A stretch of 63,854 nt of DNA, counting the filler, from Welwitschia mirabilis (taxonomy: Eukaryota), in the NCBI GenBank assembly GCA_051453625.1. It is 5 parts of one record of this genome, joined end to end, with 100 filler letters (N's around TTAATTAATTAA, not from the genome) between each part and the next. Parts side by side here need not be neighbours in the genome. Positions count along the whole stretch, not along the records: positions 35,319 to 44,637 come from JBOZIK010000001.1; positions 44,738 to 58,353 come from JBOZIK010000001.1; 3 more parts are not named here. One strand, written 5' to 3'. Below, piece by piece: positions 42,143-56,909 of the stretch (position 1 is its first letter; each line of letters starts with the position of its first letter). The translations under genes were made by a program, and so were the position numbers. The notes below the pieces were generated by a model. It was not told where the DNA came from and made no database searches. It saw only the letters and a list, made by a program, of their open reading frames with translations.

Positions 42143-43338
42143 GGTTAACTTAAATAATACTTATGTTAAGCACTTATAAATTTATAAGAATATGAATTCA
42201 AATATAGTTTTAATAACATTACTCCTTGATAAATATAAAGTTAGTGCTAATCATAAAAACCTTAATTATTAAAAGCTATAAAGTTGGTTATATCCCTAAT
42301 AATCTTAAACAATGAGTAAAATAAATTATATCTTTGATAATACTAGATTCCAATATAACCTTAACTCCTAGGTAAGTATGAATTTAATCATAACTTCTAA
42401 TACTTATGAATTTCATGATACCTATAATTCTTCTCCTATTTAAATATATAACAAATTACATTTGTATTAATTCTAATAATTATAAAGATTATTCTAATCA
42501 TAATCTTAGCACTTGAATAATCCTAGGATTTAGTTATATTTTTGATAGCTTCAAAGTCTTCATAATGTTAACTATAATCCCAACCCCTAGATGATCATTA
42601 TGCTAATCATATTTATGATAATTCTCACTCCCTAAACAAATTAAAAAAGAAGATGTATTCAAATCACTAAAGACTCTATCACATTATAGCTATAGATGAT
42701 AATCACCTAGAAGAATTCCAATTATCTTAATAGTTTAAGACAATGATATTATATGATTTCTTAAAGAGCTTAATCTTCTATTAAAAAATATATAAATAAT
42801 ACCTTATAATAAAAAACCCCTAAAAATAATTAAATCTCTAACAAAGTCATTTATCCTAAATTATATAGTCACATAATGTTTTAGTACAAGCCCATATTCA
42901 TAACTTGTAAATCTAATTTATTGAAAATGAAGAAAAGGGATAAAATTTATTATGTACTTTAAGATATAAATAAACACTCATTACATCATAATGATAATCA
43001 TGTCCTTCCTAAGATCATAAAAGTATTTTTAAGTTTAACCTTTAATAACATCGATTTTATTTCCAAATATAATCTCATAAAGATTTCCATTTCTTTTAGA
43101 TGGCTTATCGTCATTAGTAAAACCTTAAATTTAGGTTAGTTACATTAAGTAATCAAAATTAAGAGAATTCACAAGATAATCAACAAAATAATGATGGAAA
43201 TTAACCTCACATTCAACCTTAATCTAGAACATTTATGAATAAATTCATGTAGTTCCTATTACAAATGATAAATCAAGGTCAAAACACACAAGCAAATAAT
43301 AGTATCAATGAACCTAAGGAAGTGGGTATGACAAAATT

Positions 43339-43709
43339 AATTCAAATGTTTATTAAGATAAATCTATCATAGTTTATAAGAGGTTCAGATCCTTCCAAAG
43401 TAGAAGCATTCCTAAGTGATATTAAAATAGTTATAGGTACCTTAGGATGTGATAAATATGAAAAGGCTTCCTTAGCTATTTATATGTTATAAGGAAAAGT
43501 TAGTTTATGGTGGAAAACAAAAATGATTAAGTTACGAGATATAAAACTTTCATAGATATAATTGAAGTATATCTTTAAGGAGAAGCACATCACCACAGTC
43601 TATATTCACCAGAAGGTCATAGAATTTTATAATCTAAGACAAGCCCATAATGTAACCATAGCATCTTATGAGTGCAAATTTATAGAATTATTATATGTGT
43701 TACATATGC
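43339..43709 (+). pseudogene. Chromovirus (Tekay-like) gag remnant
   Basis: IQMFIKINLS*FIRGSDPSKVEAFLSDIKIVIGTLGCDKYEKASLAIYML*GKVSLWWKT...FKEKHITTVYIHQKVIEFYNLRQAHNVTIASYECKFIEL. Confidence 0.85.
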
Positions 43710-44018
43710 NNNNNNNNNNNNNNNNNNNNNNNNNNNNNNNNNNNNNNNNNNNNNNNNNNNNNNNNNNNNNNNNNNNNNNNNNNNNNNNNNNNNNNNNNNN
43801 NNNNNNNNNAATATTTTTAGATACAATCAATTATTATTAATTGAGAAAAATATCTCATTGTTTTAAATATGAATTAATTAATGTAGAGTAGAGCAATAAT
43901 AAATTTTGAAAAGTAAGCACCCAAAATATTTTTGAATTTAATAATATGTAGTTAGGTATTCTTAAGCTCTTTATGTATCTTGATTCCCAAGAGTGAATCA
44001 GCCTAATTGGGAGAGAAT

Positions 44019-44637
44019 ATCATATTCCATATTTTGTAAACCTTATTTACTTAAACAATAAGTATATAAAGATTTTAGTCAAATGAATAATTATCCTTAT
44101 TTAAGTTCCTTATCAAATAAGATGTCAATTTAAAATCAACCTTAGTTTGCAATTTTTATAAGTTACTATGAAAATGATAGAAGTCATGTTAAATGTTTAT
44201 GGAAAAATATATTCAAACATTTAAATTTACATAATTTCATTATGTACGAAATTAAATTCATATGATAAAACTAATAAATTAAAAATTTCAAGAGGACATA
44301 ATAATATATTTTACCTTTTATTTACTCATTTAGATTCTTGGTAAACTGGATGTGTATATATTATGAGTAAATATTTTTTTCTTGTGTTATGTGATTGATA
44401 GATTTTATGAATTTTAAAATAAATGAGCATTTGAACAAGTATATGAATTATTACCTAGAGCCAAGAATGATAAATAAGAAGATTTACTCTACTATGACTT
44501 TTATGTTCTTGAGATATATAAAGAACTTTATTCATAGCATACTCATTTATTTATTCCTTAGAATTAAAACATTTATCTCATTGTGCCATATGTTAATTTT
44601 GAGATTTATGTATTTCTTCTTTTTATGCATGTCTTGA
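44019..44637. repeat. Dispersed ~570-bp repeat, copy 2
   Basis: Direct homolog of 30815-31379. Confidence 0.9.
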
Positions 44638-44737
44638 NNNNNNNNNNNNNNNNNNNNNNNNNNNNNNNNNNNNNNNNNNNNTTAATTAATTAANNNNNNN
44701 NNNNNNNNNNNNNNNNNNNNNNNNNNNNNNNNNNNNN

Positions 44738-47700
44738 TAATCATTCAAAGTGCAAGTTAGAGTTGGCTTTGCAAAATAGAAAAAGATGTTACTTTTTTAA
44801 GCACATGAAGTTTTCAAAGAAAAGGATTGGGAGGTTTTTAAAGTTGAGTCCTCAAAGTGATCTGTTTTATTAATTTTAAGGAAGGATGTGATTTAAAGAT
44901 TTACTTAAATGTTTAAAAGAAATAAAGAAAGAGAGTTTATCATTATTAAGATCACAGGGTAATGTAGAAGTAGAAGTAGAAGAAAGGATATCATTTAAGG
45001 TTTTGCAAGGAAGTAGTAGTGAAAGAGATGGAGAAACATGTAAAGACTCTTTAAGTTGGTTTTCATTAGAAGGTATAAGCCTATTCTTTATTAACTTTAT
45101 TTGATTTTCAATTGATTTTTTTAATTCCTCTTCTTTTTATTATTAACTTCATCATTACTTAGTTAAATACTCTCTTCCTTGATCATATCTCCCTCTTCTT
45201 TATTATTGATATCATTGATTGTGTTTTGCTCTTTTATTTGTTTTGTTGAGGATTATTTTTCTTTTCTAAGTTAGTGGATTCCTTAAAAAGATCATTAAAA
45301 AGACTATAGAAAGGAAATCTCTCATTTTGTTCATTATGTGATAAAATATTTTCTAATATTTCCTTATTTAATTGCTCTTCCTCTCTGTTGAATAATTCTG
45401 TTAACTCTAACTATAATTCTTATTTCTAGTGATTGAGTTGATATTACTAAGTTGACTCTTTTCATTGATTTTGGCTCATTACTTATCTCCATTAATGTCA
45501 TAAGTTGAGCTTCTTTTAAAGGTGGAATGACTTCATCCTTATAAAGTAAGTGAAAACAAGAAATATGATCTAATATTTTAATATCATTTTCATCTTCTTC
45601 TTCATCACTCTTGTCATCTTCTTGCATATTGTTAGATTTATTAGAAGGCAAAATGCAATTATTATGTCTATTGTAGATTAAAAAATTTTCAGGTTTTTCT
45701 TGAATGTATTCTTCATCTAGTAAATGAATTTCATGAATATAATCTAACACATCAATATCATCATCTCACAAATGGTCATCATCATTTTTATTGTTTAAAG
45801 ATAGAGTTGAATTGTTATTTTCTCCCCTTTTATCATTTCCTAATAAATAGGATGTTGAATTTTGATTTAAAATTTTGTTTTTGTTTTGAAAGAAAGAATC
45901 ATAATCATTTATTCTTAAGTTTTCAACCAAATTATCTATGTTTTTATTGGAAATTTCATTGTTCTTTCTCATTTTGTCAATCATTTCTTTTATTGGATTA
46001 TTTTCTTCCTTATAGTAGTTAATGGATGATGTTTCTTCTTCATAGTAATGCATGGGAGATAGATAGAATAGATAAAAGTGGTTGTATGAGGTTGAATCCC
46101 TAAGATTTTCATTGTTATCCCTATACAAAGTTTGAAAAGAAGAGGGGAAATAATAAGATAGTTGAAAAGAGGAATGGGCTTAATGCCTAATATCAACATT
46201 ATTTTTTATTTTTCTCCCTATTTCTACAAAAATTTCTTAAAGAATTTTCTCACTATTATTCTTAGAGTTTTTTAAGTTTCTCCTTCTTATCTCAAAATTT
46301 TTTTAAAGTATCCTTGTATCACTATTCATACTTAAGAAGAATGAAAAAAAAAAATCTAGTTTAAGATTAAGATAAGTTCACAGTAACAGTTGAGTTCTAA
46401 TTTTTTTAATGTTTTAACAAAAATGAATTCAAAAGAGATATTGTATGCACTTAAAGATTATGTTCTTGATTCTATTTTAAAGCCAACTAATCTTTCTCTA
46501 ATATTATCTTCTATTAGTAGTCCTTTTTCTCTCATATTTCTTTTTCTAAACTGATCATGTCATAGCATCATATAACCAAAAAATAATATAAAAACAATAT
46601 AAAAATAACTAACTATCATCTTATATATCATGGGAATGATGGAGGGGATAAAACACATAAGAATAAGAAAATAGAAGTATAGCATAACAGAAACCAAAAG
46701 CTAGAAAAACATAAGTTGTCATCCTCTTAGTCATCTAGATGTTAAAGAGGAAACAAAAATTTGGAAACAAAAACTAAAATCATAAATTGTCATCCTAAAT
46801 ATTATCAGGACAACAAAGGAGATAATGATTATTTTTCTACTGAAACTGAAACTAAAAATTTGCAAATAAAAAATCTATGGTTCTTAATTAAAATACAACA
46901 TTACTATGGATAAATAATCAAATGAAAATCCAATGTACTCATTTGAACAATGATAATCCTTGTGCTCCTCAACAACCTTTCCTAGCAATGGCGCCAATTT
47001 ATTGTGGTATGTATTTTTGCATGCATACTCTAGTATGAATGAAAGCGACCCAAATGTCATATCTCATTAAAGACTTACGAGAGAAGAATAAGGATTGATT
47101 TTCACAAGTATATGTAACTAAAATTTAAGAAAAATGCATGAAATAAAGATGCAATGCAAATGCAATATAATTAAATCTAAATGCAATGCAAAATAAATCT
47201 AAACTACTTTCTTTTAGCCTTAATAAAGGCTACAGTTAAGACCTATATCATTAATGAAACTATCATTAGACCAAGGGTAACATAGACCATAAGGGACATC
47301 TAATAAAACTACATGAATAAATGAAAATAGAGTTTTATATTAAAAGGNNNNNNNNNNNNNNNNNNNNNNNNNNNNNNNNNNNNNNNNNNNNNNNNNNNNN
47401 NNNNNNNNNNNNNNNNNNNNNNNNNNNNNNNNNNNNNNNNNNNNNNNNNNNNNNNNNNNNNNNNNNNNNNNNNNNNNNNNNNNNNNNNNNNNNNNNNNNN
47501 NNNNNNNNNNNNNNNNNNNNNNNNNNNNNNNNNNNNNNNNNNNNNNNNNNNNNNNNNNCTTTAAAGCATACTTCATTATAGAAAAGAAACGGACAAAATG
47601 GTCAAATGTCAATTGTCAGTTACAGTGGCATTCCTGGCTAGCATCTAGTGACCAAGGGGATGATGGCTCTTTATAAAACATGACTCAACGATGCTAGCTC

Positions 47701-48013
47701 AGCATCCACATGAGCATCTAGTATGGCATGAATAGTGTTGTTATCCTAGCTATCGTGGGGATGATCAAGGGGACAATAGTCTTCTTTATCATTTAAGTAA
47801 GAAGAAACTAGCTTTTTCCATCAGTAATATTCCTCCAAAAGCCATGTATATTAGAATGTGCCTCAAATGCCTCAAATCTTACTAAGAATTGCACATTTCT
47901 GAGATCTTTCATTGATCCTCTAAAATCCTTAGAATTGCATTTAAACTTCTGTAAATTTCATACAAAACATCTCATAAAACCCCATTAAGTACACATAAAT
48001 TGATAGCACATCA
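44738..48013 (-). mobile_element. Partial family A element: 5' LTR 47000-48013, PBS and internal decayed ORF
   Basis: Minus strand starts TGATGTGCTATCAATTT. PBS TGGCGCCATTGCTAGGAA at 46996-46979 (cf. tRNA-Asp PBS TGGCGCCGTTGCCGGGGA). Interior collinear with 35709-38550; includes ORFs 45364-45750 and 45766-46128. Confidence 0.88.
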
Positions 48014-48169
48014 GATATATTAATTAAGCACGATACAAAAATGATGGAAAAATGTCATCCTGGAAAACTATGTAGGCTATTTCCTACATTTTAATACATT
48101 TTTAAAGATGAGTAAGTTTTCCATCCATGTATTCTTTCATAACCAACTAACTTTTTCCATTATAAATGT

Positions 48170-49480
48170 TCACGGAGTGCTTCATCATGGAGATTGAGTG
48201 ATATTCTCTTAATAAAGTTAAAAGATAAAGAAGATATAACATCAAGAATGACACATATAGAACATGTGAGATGATTTATGGAGAGAATGATATTAAGTTA
48301 AAGGTAATTGAACTATACCTTTCTATAGGATTTGATGTTCGAGCTACAAGATATATATATGACTTGAGGCTTTAAAAAAGGTATTGAAATAATCACATTT
48401 GTAAGTCATGTAATGAGTTGCACCCATGTTAAGTATCTACATCTCATCTTAAAGTATGTTTTTACTCATACCAATAAAATCAAAGTTTTCAAAAATAACA
48501 TTAGATTTAAAATGATTATCATCTTATAATGAATTAGATTCTTTAGTTACTAGATTTGGTCTTCTTCCAAGAAATCCTATAAACTTTTGTGGTATGGCCT
48601 TATCTTCTACACTGTGAGCATTAATATTTTTTTCTCTTTGAAGTAGTAGCTTTTGAATATGGCTTAGTCTTCTGTTGATATGAACTACAAGGAGATGAAA
48701 TAATAAATTATTATTTTTGTAGAGCCTTTTATTTATCATAGACTTATCCTTAGGCTAATGAGCGTTATTTTCAAGATATTTATTTTATCATAAAGAACCA
48801 TAAGAATGAGAAACTTTGAAGGCTGCATTATAAGACAAAAAGCCTATAAATTTAAATTATGCTTTTATGGCTCTAAGATCCTTATTAAGTATCTCAAAGT
48901 TTATATTGGATGATTACTTACTCACATGAAGAGATGGAATATAGATATGAAGAGATGAATCCTCTAAATAGTAGCAAATTAAGTTAATGTAATGAATGCA
49001 TACTTAATTCTTTGGGTTTATGCCATCAATAGTTACTTTAATATCTATCATCTGAGATATGAGCTAACGTATTTTTCCTTTCTTGTAATAAAAGTTATTC
49101 ATGCTTGTAATGAGGTTAATTAATTCTACATCATTATTTACATAAAATATATCACAGGAAGTATAATAGTTGGTGTAACTTAACTTACTTCAATTAACTA
49201 ACTTTTTATAAGAAATGGCCACTAATTTGTGCATTATCTGTATGAGCTTGATATAAATGGCTTTCTATACATTTTATGTATCCTAATTCAAAAGAGAAAC
49301 ATGTGCTTTATTGAAAAAAATATCTATAAGATCTATAAATGTGCATTCTAAACATGAAATCATTATTCTATTCCTTTTAACTATGATCATCATATAAAGT
49401 TCTCTTAATATTGGTTGTGATTTCTATTGTCAATATTGACATGTATCTATTTGATAAGATTTTGGAATCTACCTTTTGAT
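48170..49480 (+). pseudogene. Highly eroded, internally deleted Ty1/copia gag-pol
   Basis: Motifs in copia order: DVRATRYI (~48334; cf. DSGATRHM protease), LILKYVF (~48442), EGCII (~48818; integrase zinc finger), LNSFWVYAIN-like (~49003), LYELDI (~49240; cf. HQMDVK) and LKK-IY (~49311; RT). Confidence 0.55.
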
Positions 49481-50149
49481 ATTAAAGTTATGATGAACTT
49501 TGAGAGGAGATATAATAGGTTTGACAAGTAATGAAGTAAAATCAAAGTCTAAAGAAATATTGCTTACATTCACTACTAAAAATAGTGTATCCATCACACA
49601 AATAAATCATGTCAAAACCACAAAAGAAAAAATGAAAATTAAATACAATGATATAATCATAAGAAAATGGATCTTACTCTAATTCATAGTTTCAAGTAAT
49701 CTATCTAAATCATAATGCAATAAAAGGGTTACAATAGAGAGGTATAGTTATAATGAAAGTGGATCTTCTTATAATTAAAGTGATCTATCCAAATCAAAAG
49801 TGTAACAAAGCTACTAATCCCTAGAAATGATCAAAATCCTATGCATACAAAATAAAAACAAAAGTCATTTACTAAAAATTCTTTATGTGTATGAGTTAAA
49901 TTTTATGAATAATTTTATATTGAATTAATGTAATCAAAATTATTGAGATTGGTTAATTTTAGGTTTGTTTCCAAATATGGTTAGTGAGTACATCTTCTCT
50001 AATAATGTTACCCTTGTCTTTTAAAAAAGTAACAAGATAATACTTAACTGTGTCTTTAAGTCATCAATTGATTTTAGTTGTCATAGCTATATTTCCCCTT
50101 AAGAGAGAGTATTATGTAATTTCAATGATCTAATTATACCTTAGACTTA

Positions 50150-51302
50150 GTATATTTTAAAATAGATTATATATATGCCTTCCTATTAAGTTGGTAATAA
50201 AACCCTAGTAGATCCTACCACTCTGCCTCTAGCCTTTACTCAATTATTTTCTTAATTACTAAAGTGTACATCAGAATCTAGAACTAGAGGTGCTTAGGAC
50301 ATTTTTGCTTAATAGAAACATAGACAACCTTATATCCTAAATTTCATAGTTAAGGTACTTAGAGATTGTACAATAAGCTTAAAGAATAGCATGGCCTAAC
50401 ACAAATCTTTATCTATGTAAGGCTTTTCATGCCTATCACGAACTAAGACTTGTTGTCAATTAATAACATTATGTATTTAGGGTGAATGTAATTTAGAATT
50501 TTTAAAATCTTAATCACAAAAATTAAAATTAATGCAAAAAAGAAGAAAGAGAAAAGATAGACACACTAAAACAGATGCATAAAGGGTTAGATTTGATACA
50601 GTTAGTGAATCTTGCTCAACATTCCAACCTAGCTTAATCTATCCAAAATATAAAGCCAAGTCTTAAAGGTACCCAAAATAAAAAAATAAAAAAATCAAGT
50701 CAAGTGGATCTTTCTCCACATTCCAACTTGACATGATGAGAAAAAGAGACAAAGATAAAGGTTAAGGGCTTACAATGATGAAAAATTCCCAAAAACCTTA
50801 GGGAAAAAATTGGAAAAGGCTTAAAACACTAATTTTTATGCTTTGAAAAATTTAAAAAACATAAAAAAATCTCAAAAACCAAGAAAAATGGTTGAAAAAC
50901 AAGAAAAAACTAAAAATGCCTTATGTGCACAAAACATCTAAGCAATCTCATATGTGTGCATAATAGGAAAAAGTAGCTACCAAAAATCACATGTGTGCAC
51001 AGCCAAAAATGAAGAGCATAAAAATTTTCAAAAATTGATTTGAACCACACTTAGAATCAAAACTATAATCTCTCTAACAATAGGAAAGATCTTTCACCAT
51101 TGCACCAAGGCACTATTGGCATTAAAAATGTGTAGCAAAAATATGAAAATTAGAGTTTTAAAATGTCACTATAGGCACATCATAGTAGCTAGTAGTGGAG
51201 AGAAATGATAAGACTTCATAATGGGCATTAATATTAAGGAATTAAGGCCTTATTAGCAAGTTTAACTAATCATCATGGCAATTTTATGCATTTCTTATAC
51301 TT
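50150..51302 (-). mobile_element. LTR/5'-UTR-like fragment of a gypsy element
   Basis: Composition and short motifs resemble Tekay 5' regions; no diagnostic coding motif. Confidence 0.3.
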
Positions 51303-51539
51303 NNNNNNNNNNNNNNNNNNNNNNNNNNNNNNNNNNNNNNNNNNNNNNNNNNNNNNNNNNNNNNNNNNNNNNNNNNNNNNNNNNNNNNNNNNNNNNNNNN
51401 NNNNNNNNNNNNNNNNNNNNNNNNNNNNNNNNNNNGCATAGTGGAACTAGGTATTTAGAGCCAAACAATGTCATTCATATATTCCTGAGTTTTTTTAATG
51501 TAAGTAATTCATTCTAACCACTTTCGCAAAGAAAAGATG

Positions 51540-52520
51540 AAGGAGGAATATTTTCTAAGAAGAACCCCTTAATTTGGCCCCATGATTAAAGATTTATTTT
51601 ATGTACTTTGGAAATTATATAGAATGATCCCATTATACATTTTTAATTCCTAATGATAAATCCTAATCTTGATCTATAAATACTATACTTATTCGTATTA
51701 GAGGACATCAATTCATAAAAAACATTTATCAAAAATATTAAAGATGTAGTCATGAGTTTCTTCTAAGTCATTCCTATGAATGGATAGCTACTAAGCTAGC
51801 ATAATGCTTCTTAGATTAGCATAAGTATATTTTTAGATTATATGCTTTACTTTCAGATAATAAAGTACTACATGTTCTTGGTTCATTACTTTGATATCAA
51901 GTTATGAATATCATAATTGTTATATTTAGGATTAGCTAAGGCATGCTTTTATTTTAAGATCTATTTTGATGATTCTCCTCTTTTATTTTAGCTTGCATAA
52001 TATAAATGTTTATTTGATAAATCTTTAGATATCCTTACTTTCCATTCTTATTTTATTCTTTATATAAAGACTAGATGGCTTGGTTATATAGCTCTCATGT
52101 TTATGATAGATGAAAGTATGCCATTGTTCTTGAGCTTGGGTTACATGAATACTCATGCTTATAGTGGATTATATCATTTTGAATTGATTAAAAGTAAAGC
52201 TACACATTTTTAATTTAACTACTTATGATTTTATTTAATGTTATTATGTTAGTTTAAATGAAATCTCACATTTCTAGATCTCTAATATCATTTCACTCTC
52301 TACTACCCTTTACTATTGTGCTTTCTTTACTAGCAAATTTCATCATCTATATCTATGAAAGAATGACACAAGGACTATACTAAAAATAAAATTCCTTGTA
52401 TTTTTTGTTAACATTGGGTTTTCCATGTAAGAGTTTTATTCCTATTACTATATACAAGTGATAGATACAAGTATATCCAAAATTCTACTGTGAATACCAT
52501 TTTAGCATTATTGCCTAGGA
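51540..52520 (+). mobile_element. Athila 5' LTR remnant and PBS
   Basis: ...gaatacca is followed by tttagcattattgcctaggac (52501-52520, decayed tRNA-Asp PBS), upstream of Athila gag. Confidence 0.55.
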
Positions 52521-53479
52521 CAGTGTCATAATAACTATAGTGGATCATGAATAGAATTTACCTTTTTTTATCCTTTTTAGTATTTGTTTTTTCTTTTATT
52601 TTTCCTTTTATTTTATATTAGTTCCCTTACTAGTACCTTTTTATTTTTCTTTCCATCACTAGTAGATTAGTGTTAATGATGTATGAAACTTGATCAATGG
52701 AACTTGATCTGGTGACTCCTTTTTTTTCCTTTTTCTTTGTACTTTATTCTTTTTTAAGTTTTTCCTTTTTGTTTCTTTTATTTTAATTTTCCCCTTAGAA
52801 AATATTATCTAGATAGTATATCAAATTTTCTTGCAAAAGATAATAAAGAAAATAAATAAAAGATTCATTCTTATTTTTAGCTTCTTTCTCTATTGTCTCT
52901 TGTTTTTTCTCTTCTCTTTTGTATCTTAGATGACTTTCTTAGTATGTACTTAAAGATGGATTTTAGAAAGAAGAACTTGATTAAAATAAATCTTATAAAA
53001 GTGCTTTAACACTTACAAATTTTATTTTTATAATATTCATTTCTTATATTGCATTGCATTTTTTATTATTGCACTAGGCCTTTCTGGAATATTTACTCAG
53101 TTTGTTTGTTAATCATCCAAATTAATCCTATATCTTAGACTATTATGTTTTTTTAACAACTCTTACTCTTATTTTTATTGAACTAATTTTGTGCCATCTT
53201 ATTGGTACTATTGTCTTTCCTCATTGACATTACTAGCTTCTTGCATTAACCTATCTTCATCTTTTGCAAAACATATGCTTATGGAATCTTGAACCTTTTC
53301 TCTTACTGTGTGCTTGTAAAATCATAAATTGTCTTGACTGTTTTACTATGTTTAATAAACTTAGAATAAATCTCCAATGGTATATTACATAAAATCCATC
53401 TTAAATTCAACATGGATATAAATTTTAGAGGCTAGTCATAAGAGAGACCTAAACAGAGCCAAGATGACCTTGATAGTAA

Positions 53480-55550
53480 CTTTTATCCAAACCAACCTAG
53501 ATGATCTTTGAAAGGATATATCCAACCCTAATGTTTAAGTACATATTATTGCATTATTCAATCTCTGAATGCCAAATGAATTTAATTGAAACTAGCATTT
53601 ATTCAACTTCTTATACACTTTCATGGTTTAGAGTCTGATGATTCTTACTTACATCTTAAAGGTTTTGAGTGGGTTCTTTCCATAATTCCTTAAAATATAG
53701 ATACATCTAATGCACTTAGATTTATCTTATTACCGTTTTCCTCAAAGAAAAGGTAAAATATTGGCTTTACACATTGAAACATGTTTTCATTACCATATGG
53801 ATTGAATTCAACTAAGTATTCATTAGAAATTTTTTCCTAGCAATAGGACCAATGCCATTAGAAGAAAAATCATAACGTTCTAATAAAAGGATAGTGCAAT
53901 ATTCTCCTATACCTTAAAGAGATTCAAGAATCTACTTCATAAATGCCCATACCATGGTTTTGAGTAAGAAAGAGTCATAAGTTTCTTTTATAAAGGACTT
54001 TAACCCAACTATAGAAAACTCATAGACATGATATATAGGGGAATATTTTTAGATCTTAAGATTGATGAAGCTTGGGATTTCATTAAAATCATGGCTAAAA
54101 GTTCTAAGAATTGTAAGAAGCCTAATAAGCCAACAATATTACAAGATCCTATTAGATCTACCAATATCTTCAAAACCCCTAACAATACTAAGGTTAACTA
54201 AAAGTTGGAGTACCAATCCTAAGCTAATAAATCAAAGTCTTTATTGGAAAATTTATCATGTGGATAATCACAAAACTTTAGCTTGTCCATCCATCCTTAT
54301 GTTTCAAAGAGTAGTGAAAGAACAAAGTCAATGCTATAGAACAACAGTGATAAAATCAAAGAACCAACCAATTCTACTTGACCACCTATAATCCTAGATG
54401 GATAAACCATCCAAAATTATCATAGAAATAAGACAATCCTACTCAAGCCTCAACCCGTTAATCTAAGAATTTAAATCCTTCTTTAACTTTCAACTCTTCA
54501 TAAAATACACTTCACAAGTTCATGGAAGCTCAACTTCACATTAACTTATTACAACAATCATTTAACTAACAAATCTCTTTCAGATTACAAAAGCTAGAAT
54601 AAGGAATGCATCAACCAAGCCAAATCACTATATACATCCTTACATCACTTAATCAACATGATAAGAAAATGCATTTTATTATGCATGAACCTAGCCCTAG
54701 TAGTTTCAAGTTGACTAAAGATACAAAAATCAAGAAAACTAAAGTCATAATTTAAGAAGTATAAGAGCAATCAACAAGAATTTAGAAGAGAAACAAACTT
54801 AATAAGAAGAATTACAACAACATTAATCTAAAAGTAAGGAAAAAGAAGAGAAAAAACAAGAAGATAAAGAAGTTATCCCAAATTACGAAGAATCAATATC
54901 CTTTTCTTAAAAACTTAAGAAAATCACTTGGCTAAGAAAACAACAAGAAGAACTAGAAATTTTTAAGGAACTAAAAATCAATATCTCTCTTTTAAAAGAC
55001 ATTAAACATTCCCCTTCTTATGCTAAGTTCTTGAATTATCTATGCACTATTAAGAGAAGGGTAAATGTGAAGAGTAAAGGCTTTATTACTTAACAAACTA
55101 GTACTATCATATAAAACCAAATCCCTCTCAAATACAAAGATCTAGGATACCTCACAATATATTTCACTATTAAAGATACAAAGTTTCAACATGCCTTATT
55201 AGATCTTAGAGCTAGTATCAATCTCTTACCTTATAGTATCTACAATGAACTTTGTTTAAATGATCTTAAAGATACTAAGATTTAATTATAATTAGATGAT
55301 AATTATTTGAAAAAAACTTTGAATATAGTAGAATATGTGATTATTCAAGGATAAAATTGCTACTTTCCTATGGACTTTATAGTTTTGGAGATGTTAAAAA
55401 CTAGTTGTATGATTCTTATTATCTTGGAAAGACCTTTTCTAGATACTTATAATGCTCTTATCAATTATAATAATGTTATTATGTATATATCTTTTAATAA
55501 TATGAATGTTAAGTTGAATATCTTTAATATCATAAAATAATCTAATGACT
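53480..55550 (+). pseudogene. Athila-lineage gag plus aspartic protease pseudogene
   Basis: LKLAFIQLLIHFHGLESDDSYLHLKGFE...LPFS...KCPYHGFE*ERVISFFYKGL...KYKDLGYLTI...ALLDLRASINLLPYSIY...FPMDFIVLEM...IILERPFL. No RT follows. Confidence 0.92.
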
Positions 55551-56909
55551 TGATAGGAGTGGAGTTTGTTAAAATTTTGATTATCTTTATCCTCCTTCTT
55601 ATGAGAAAATATTTCTTCTAACTTATCATCTTCTTTGAATTATGATTCAAATGGTTATTATTATTCTTATGTTATGGTTCTACCTCTTTAAGATCTTAGA
55701 TATGTCTTTAATAATGACCCTCTTGATTCATTGATTTCTAATTCAGCTATGTCTGTATTAAAAGAAAACATTTTGCAATAATTATTAATTCAGTAAGAGA
55801 AACAAATAAGATGGTCCTCTCATAACCTGAAATGNNNNNNNNNNNNNNNNNNNNNNNNNNNNNNNNNNNNNNNNNNNNNNNNNNNNNNNNNNNNNNNNNN
55901 NNNNNNNNNNNNNNNNNNNNNNNNNNNNNNNNNNTGATTCATTGATTTCTAATTCAGCTATGTCTATATCAAAAGAAAACATTTTGCAATTATTATTAAT
56001 TCAGTAAGAGAAACAAATAAGATGGTCCTCTCATAACCTGAAATGTTTGAGCCTTAATAAGTATTCTTCTGACACCTTCTTAAAGTTTTCAATTCATGTG
56101 TGGAGTCTTCCCAGAAAAATATTCCTAAGCCTAATGTATTACTTAACCAATCATCTTGTACTTTTAACCATAATCATTTAATTTTTTTACCTTCACCCAT
56201 AAGTACNNNNNNNNNNNNNNNNNNNNNNNNNNNNNNNNNNNNNNNNNNNNNNNNNNNNNNNNNNNNNNNNNNNNNNNNNNNNNNNNNNNNNNNNNNNNNN
56301 NNNNNNGTACAGACCAATCTCATAAAACTAACTTGATTTTAACAAATAAGTTTGAATTTAATCTATTCACTCTAGTCTTGGGATGCATGAACCAAATTAT
56401 TGAAAACCTTATAAGTTCAAGGATTCTTGTTTTCTAGAAATCCCTAATCATTTCCATTTATTGCATCCACATTTTAGCTATATTTACTCATTTAAGTCTC
56501 CTACATGTCATCCCTTATCACCTACATCTCATTTACCCCTTCCATCATATTATGATTTCATGAGACGTACTAATTCTAGTTAATGATCTTTTCTTTAATT
56601 CATGAATAAAGAGGTCTTTTACCTTTTCAAAGCATAGTTTAAAATTTTATAAGTTTTTACTTTTTCATTGAATAGTCCTTTGAATGTTTGAGTTATTTAT
56701 TAAGATTTGCATTCATTTAGAGATCTTTAATTTGGAATTTAGGGAAAAGTTAAATTTTTATTTTCATGTATTTCTTTATTTTAAATAATTCATGGGGATG
56801 AGACTATCTCTCTATAAGGATAATTAGCCAATAACCCCTTTCATGTGCTATAAATACAATAAGGAAATGTGGATGTGTGTGTGTATATATACATATACAT
56901 ATACATATA

